Positions 59,058 through 64,000 of a stretch of 64,000 nt of DNA are shown one piece after another. This DNA is from Amoebophrya sp. A120 (Eukaryota; Protista; Dinoflagellata): contig CAJINV010000001.1 in NCBI GenBank assembly GCA_905178155.1, positions 12,321,832-12,385,831 on the forward strand, written 5' to 3'. Each line of letters opens with the position of its first letter. Positions within the stretch are counted from its first letter, which is position 1. A program made the translations under genes and the position numbers. Below the pieces are notes generated by a model. That model searched no databases, was not told the DNA's origin, and saw nothing but the letters and a program-made list of their open reading frames with translations.

Positions 59058-61899
59058 ATGGACGGACCCACGAAGGTTATTTTCGCAGACGCTGGCAGCA
59101 ACACCTCGGTGGCGCAGATTCCGCAAAATGCAAGCTGGCCAAGCGTCATCAAGAGCGCCGCACTTTGGAAGCGCGTCCCTGTGTCGCTCATCGCGTTGCT
59201 GCCACTCGATCCGGACACCGGTGAAGAAGTTCCGGATGGCGAAACTCTCGGCCCCTCCCCTCGTCCCGTTGCTGAAGCTGGCGCAGAGCCAGAAGGCTCG
59301 CCGGAACAAGGAGACGAATCGAACCCGCCACCCACCGCAAGCCCCGCCCCCTACGCAGATTGGCGAGCTTTTTGCGAACAGAACTGCGAGCCTACTCTGG
59401 CGCATTTTCGTTGCCTGGTAAGGGACACCTCCGCTTCTTTCGTCGTACTGGACAAGAGACTACCAAATGGCCGTGTAGATTTTCGCGAGAGGCTACTGGA
59501 AGACTGCAGCACGGACCTCGATTTGCAGGAGAAGAATGCAGCTTTAGCAATGCCCGCGCTCTTCAGCACCTGCTTTTTTTCCGGGCGCGCCGACGAGTTT
59601 GCCTATTTCTTTCCTCACTGGGCCAAAAACATCTCTCTGATCAAGCAGATCTTGGAAAAATTCGACAGCCCAAACGAGCAGCGACGGGAAGGCATCGCCG
59701 CGTACGAGCTCGTGAGCGCGCTCGGCGCAGCGTTGGGAGGTGGTTCTGGTGTGAAACATGATACTTTGCTGGCTTCCTGGACCACCTGGCCATTGTTGTT
59801 CGAGTCGAAAAATGCCGGCCCAAAGCTCCCGCCCTGCAGTTCACAGATTCTTCTTCCTATTCGCATGGAAGCCTCCTGTCAAATTCCAGAGCAGCCTGAA
59901 GGCGATCAAAATGGTGCATCCGGGGGCACCGGAATACCGGAGAACATTGTGACGCAAGGCGGAGACACAGAGGAAACCAAGGTTGATATTGCTGCAATCT
60001 CGGAGAGGAAGCTGCGCCACGCGCTTTATGACCGCCGATTCAACTGGGCCGTCCCTTTCCCCGACACGGTCCTTGTTGTCGTCTGGTCATTCGAACGGTT
60101 CGCCCCGACTTTGCTGAGTGCGTTTCTCACGAACTACGTTTTCACGGTTGTCAGCGTCAATCTGAGCGACATGTCGGACCCAAATCCCCGAGTCATTCAC
60201 CAGCGCATGCGCCAAAACGCATTGGCGTGCCGACGCCCGCCGACTCCGCCGGACCCAGTGGGAGCTCGGTTTGCGGCGGCAAAGCGCGCTGAAGAGGACT
60301 ATGATGGAAGCAACGCACAGGGGATAATTTCCTCGTCAGTACCTAATGCAGCTGCGCTAGACACTGAGTCTGATGATTTGCTCTCAGATAGTGACCACGA
60401 AGGCCTTACGAAGTCCCCCGGCGTATCCTGAGTAAAAACGTCCCCACACCAGAGTTGTCATGCAAGTGTGCAATGACAGGGAACATTTGTAATGCGCAGC
60501 TCCATGAGAGGCATTTCCAATCGTGTTTTGGAATCTGTAATGCTATAAACAGGATCCGAAAGTGGCTTTCTCATGCGGCTTCTCTTGCCAATCAGCACTA
60601 CACTGCAGAGGAAAATGTGTCTTGCAGAGCTCCCAAAAGTTGGAGATTTGTGTTGCTAGATCCCCAACTTGACTATGGGGTGGGGACGTTTTTACAAATG
60701 ATACGGCGACCGACCGCGGTACGACGAAACGGAAAACTTTCGCGCATGGATAGAAGAACTTGTGAAGAAGGGGCCGCCAGACACTTTGAATTTTGCGGAG
60801 ACCGAATTCTGGAAGCGCGTGCAGCCGGGGGTGGAACACGACCGGATGTACGGTCGCATGGATTATCCACATGCTCCCACGGTTTAAGGATTGCAAATAT
60901 GAGTTTCCGTCTGGACGAAAAATTCACGCGTTTGTTGTCATGCAGCTCTTGCACTAAGCAGATGGTGACGTTCTGGATCTGGAATGCACGCAAAAGAAAA
61001 CTATGAGTATTCGCATTTCCGCAGGCGCAGACCTCTTAATACCTAGTGTTCCTCATGAGAACTACTTCGCTCTTTCTTTCCCAAGGACACTCTTGTGGAG
61101 CTGATGCGACACAGATTTTTGTCGTGTACTCGAGAGTTAGCATCCTTAGGCGAACTCCTCCGGACCCAGTGGTATCCTATTTGCAACGTATACGATTCCT
61201 CGCGCTACTATTTCTGCGCTGTTCGAACTACCTTCGCTCCACCAAGCCGCGCGCGCGCTTTTAAACCGGAGGCACGAGACGGGCGGCGGCGCCGTCCGCT
61301 ACCTCGGCTCACACGTGCTCGACGTCAGAACTTTGTTCCTACCAGACGCCTTCGGGGGATGGAGCGCTTTCTGTGCGACCCTCGGCTTGTCTCGTACGTG
61401 CGAGACTGCAAATCTACGCCTGCAGTATCGGCAACTCCTTGGGCAGATCGAAAATTTTCTCGGAACGCAAGGACCGAAGCAGACGTCGCAGAAACGGCAC
61501 GGATTCTGGATTACGGAAGTCGTCGCGCTCGCTGACAAGTTGCACCGACGCGCGCTGACCTTGCTTCTAACTCACGGGCTGCGCGACTTGACTAAAGCAG
61601 AGGAAGCCTTTTGCGATCTTCTCGCGTCTGTGAACGACGAAAATCGCCGCGCGGAGCTACTGCAGCACGTTGAAATGAAGAGCTTCAAGTGGGATAAAAT
61701 CGAAGGCGCCGCGCAGGACTGGTGTCGCTTTTGCAACATACAACAGTTTTGCAATTGGGAAAAGAAGATCGGGGACGACATTGCGGAAAGGCGGAGAAGA
61801 GCACGTATCAACGCATTCGACAATTGTGTTTGGCAGATAGTCACGTTCGATCTGTGGAAAGAAGTCGAACCGTTCATCTATGGTGTGAAGAAAGGATAG
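59058..61899 (+). CDS. Hypothetical protein interrupted by two introners
   Basis: Excision of 60424-60703 and 60885-61192 (each with one TSD) joins ORF 59058, the 60709-60884 exon and ORF 61315 into one frame (KSPG|DRPRY...APT(V/I)|PRATISALF...HVLDVRTLF). Confidence 0.75.
60424..60703. mobile_element. Introner/MITE family B (280 bp), TSD CGGCG
   Basis: TATCCTGAGTAAAAACGTCCCCACACC ... GGGGTGGGGACGTTTTTACAAATGATA; CGGCG at 60419-60423 and 60704-60708; same length as 2109-2388. Confidence 0.92.
60885..61192. mobile_element. Degenerate family A-like introner (308 bp), imperfect TSD CGGTT/CGATT
   Basis: TAAGGATTGCAAATA ... TATTTGCAACGTATA; internal TGTCATGC; excision restores frame. Confidence 0.72.
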
Positions 61900-62820
61900 C
61901 TTCGCAGTCTGCACCTATTGGCATCGCAACTGCAACCTCAACTTGTAAGAAACGGAACGCCACCTCGCCGCAGAAAGGAGGATATTCGTGCGTCTGGTGT
62001 GGCCAGCACACAAAATGATGGTCCAGTGTGTGGTCTTTCTCCGTTGAATTCGTGATGTCCATGTCATATCGGTTTCAGTCGGTTGCACGGATGGCACCTT
62101 TTCAAGTGGTCCTGCAAATGTATTTCTGCCCTATGTATCACTATTTCTGTATTTGTCCTCTCTTTGAAGGTTCGTGTTGACAACTCTGGTTCAACGTAGA
62201 TCTTTACGGCTGTGAAGATGCTCTCTCCTGCAAGAATAGAATTGAATAATATGTACAGTCGCTGCGCCATTTTATTTTCTGTTCTATGGTAGCGATCATG
62301 CTCATGCAAAATGCGTTAAAGGCGTAGATCACATCCTTTGATGAAGACTTCGAATTCGTTGACACAGAGAAACAGTATAGTAAGTACTTTTTCCGACGTA
62401 GTTCTCCACCATATTCTAGCTACAACAGATCTTCTGCATGAATCGGATATCGATCGACGCTTCCTTCTCCTGCCACAAGCTAAAAGCAGGTTCTTCACAC
62501 AACGACGTACTTAGAGATAGTTCGGAATGAAGAAAGTAGTGCGCTGTGAATCTCTCCTGTATTGGTCCTGTATTTCTGTCCCACACTCACCACCAACGGT
62601 TGCGGCTCCGCACTGATCTTTCCCCGTAAACGAAGTTTCTAGCAAGCCTCAATTTCAGACAAGCTACTTTCAGTCATCGAATGAGCAAAGCGATTGTCAT
62701 CATGTTCAAAAGCAGGTATAAACAATGCTGGTGAACACCAACACTCAGTATAGCCTTCGCGAGACCGAAACACGTTCCTGGCAAAGCCCTTTGCCTACAT
62801 GGCGACACTGACGGCACCAG

Positions 62821-64000
62821 ATGCCGCCCTCTTCTTCCTCCTCCAAGCAGAAGAAGCCGAAAGTATGCTGGTACTGGAAACACGGAGAAAAGTGCCCCAA
62901 TGGTAAGAAATGCAAGTTCTTGCACTCGGAAGCTGCAGTGCCAACAGCAGCGCCCGAAAACGCAGCGGCGGCTTCCTCCGAGGGCGTGCCGGAAGATGAT
63001 TACTGGACAGAAGATGCACCAGTCGTTCACGCGAATGGCGGGGGGCCGCATGCTGCAACTTCCTGCAACGAGCAGCGAGTAGATCATCAGCATCGGGGAA
63101 GTGAAAGTGGGAAAGGACCTGCAAACATGGACTCAAATCGCCTCGACCGCCTTGAAGCGCTCCTCATACAGTGCAATGACATGCACGCAGCGGGCCTGGC
63201 GCAGGTGAATCAACGGCTAGATTACCTACTCGCTCGGGTTGAAGCACAAGAGAGCCGGGTTGACACGCTAGAGAAGTTTGTCGTCAAAGGATTCGAGAGG
63301 GTCGGCCGTCGTCTCCGCGAACTTTCCAGTGCTAATACAACGAGCATTAAAACCCAAGATGGAGCACCGCACGCAAAGCTAGTAGAAGCGCCGCCCCCCT
63401 GCCCCGCAAAGAATGATCGTTCACCTGCTCATCTCGGTTGTAATGCCCCCTGTGTAGTGAAGCAGGAAACCCCGGAACCGCTGCGCGTGCCCACCAAGAG
63501 TTGTGATAAAACTACATCCACTCCTGAGGCAAGTACACAGCAGGTGACTGAGACGCGCGTGAAGAAAAAGATTTCGTCGTCTACTGCCAGTAAATTTTTG
63601 GCTTTCATCCGCGAGGCCGGAGTACAGCTACAACCTAGCGACGAAGCTGCAGCAACAACGACCTCTCAGACTTCCAGCCCGAACCGGGAAACAGAGGTCG
63701 CAGCAACACGCGCTTCGACAGAATGCAGCGATCCGGGTACGGGACCGGTAGCTGGCTTCACTGAAACTCATGTTGGAAATGATGGGCCTAGATTTACTGC
63801 AGCCAACGAACTGCACCACGCGCAACTTCATACAATACATGAAGACGAATATGATGTGCAGCTACAACAGGAACAGATTGAACAGGACGAGTGGCAACGA
63901 AAGGCAAACAATTCAGAAGCAGACAGAGTCGAAGCACCGTTCACCCCGCCGCAAGAAATTGCTGAGCCGCCTCCTTTTTTTTCCTCGTCTTCCGTACATG
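62821..64000 (+). CDS. CCCH zinc-finger protein, runs off the window end (absent from ORF track because it has no stop)
   Basis: MPPSSSSSKQKKPKVCWYWKHGEKCPNGKKCKFLH = C-x8-C-x5-C-x3-H; frame open to 64000; coiled-coil-like region 63130-63320. Confidence 0.8.
   Translation, partial: MPPSSSSSKQKKPKVCWYWKHGEKCPNGKKCKFLHSEAAVPTAAPENAAAASSEGVPEDDYWTEDAPVVHANGGGPHAATSCNEQRVDHQHRGSESGKGPANMDSNRLDRLEALLIQCNDMHAAGLAQVNQRLDYLLARVEAQESRVDTLEKFVVKGFERVGRRLRELSSANTTSIKTQDGAPHAKLVEAPPPCPAKNDRSPAHLGCNAPCVVKQETPEPLRVPTKSCDKTTSTPEASTQQVTETRVKKKISSSTASKFLAFIREAGVQLQPSDEAAATTTSQTSSPNRETEVAATRASTECSDPGTGPVAGFTETHVGNDGPRFTAANELHHAQLHTIHEDEYDVQLQQEQIEQDEWQRKANNSEADRVEAPFTPPQEIAEPPPFFSSSSVH

Overview
Eukaryotic (protist) genomic DNA with about 17 protein-coding genes, all on the + strand. 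Recognisable products: a qRRM RNA-binding protein, an NPPY-type N6-adenine methyltransferase, a giant FkbM-family methyltransferase, a CAP/SCP protein, AP-2 sigma, an NHR/neuralized protein, choline/ethanolamine kinase, two tandem GNAT-like paralogs, an AK7-like protein, a CinA-like/nucleotidyltransferase, a PH-domain protein, a PIAS/SIZ SUMO ligase and a CCCH zinc-finger protein. The dominant signal is a set of 14 short non-autonomous inverted-repeat elements from about 6 sequence families (113-467 bp, one expanded to 2.5 kb). All share TA...TA termini, 5-bp target-site duplications and an internal TGT(C/G)ATGC motif. Thirteen sit inside coding exons, and removing the element plus one TSD restores the reading frame without a GT-AG pair, so they appear to act as non-canonical introns (introners). 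One family occurs in both orientations, and the TSDs show a transcript-strand G bias. One copy carries a nested 2.25-kb retroposon with a (CTA)7 tail, a 6-bp TSD, a non-RT ORF and a structured 3' region. Unidirectional genes plus inverted-repeat non-canonical introns resemble Amoebophrya-like parasitic dinoflagellates (inference). All splicing is predicted from DNA only.
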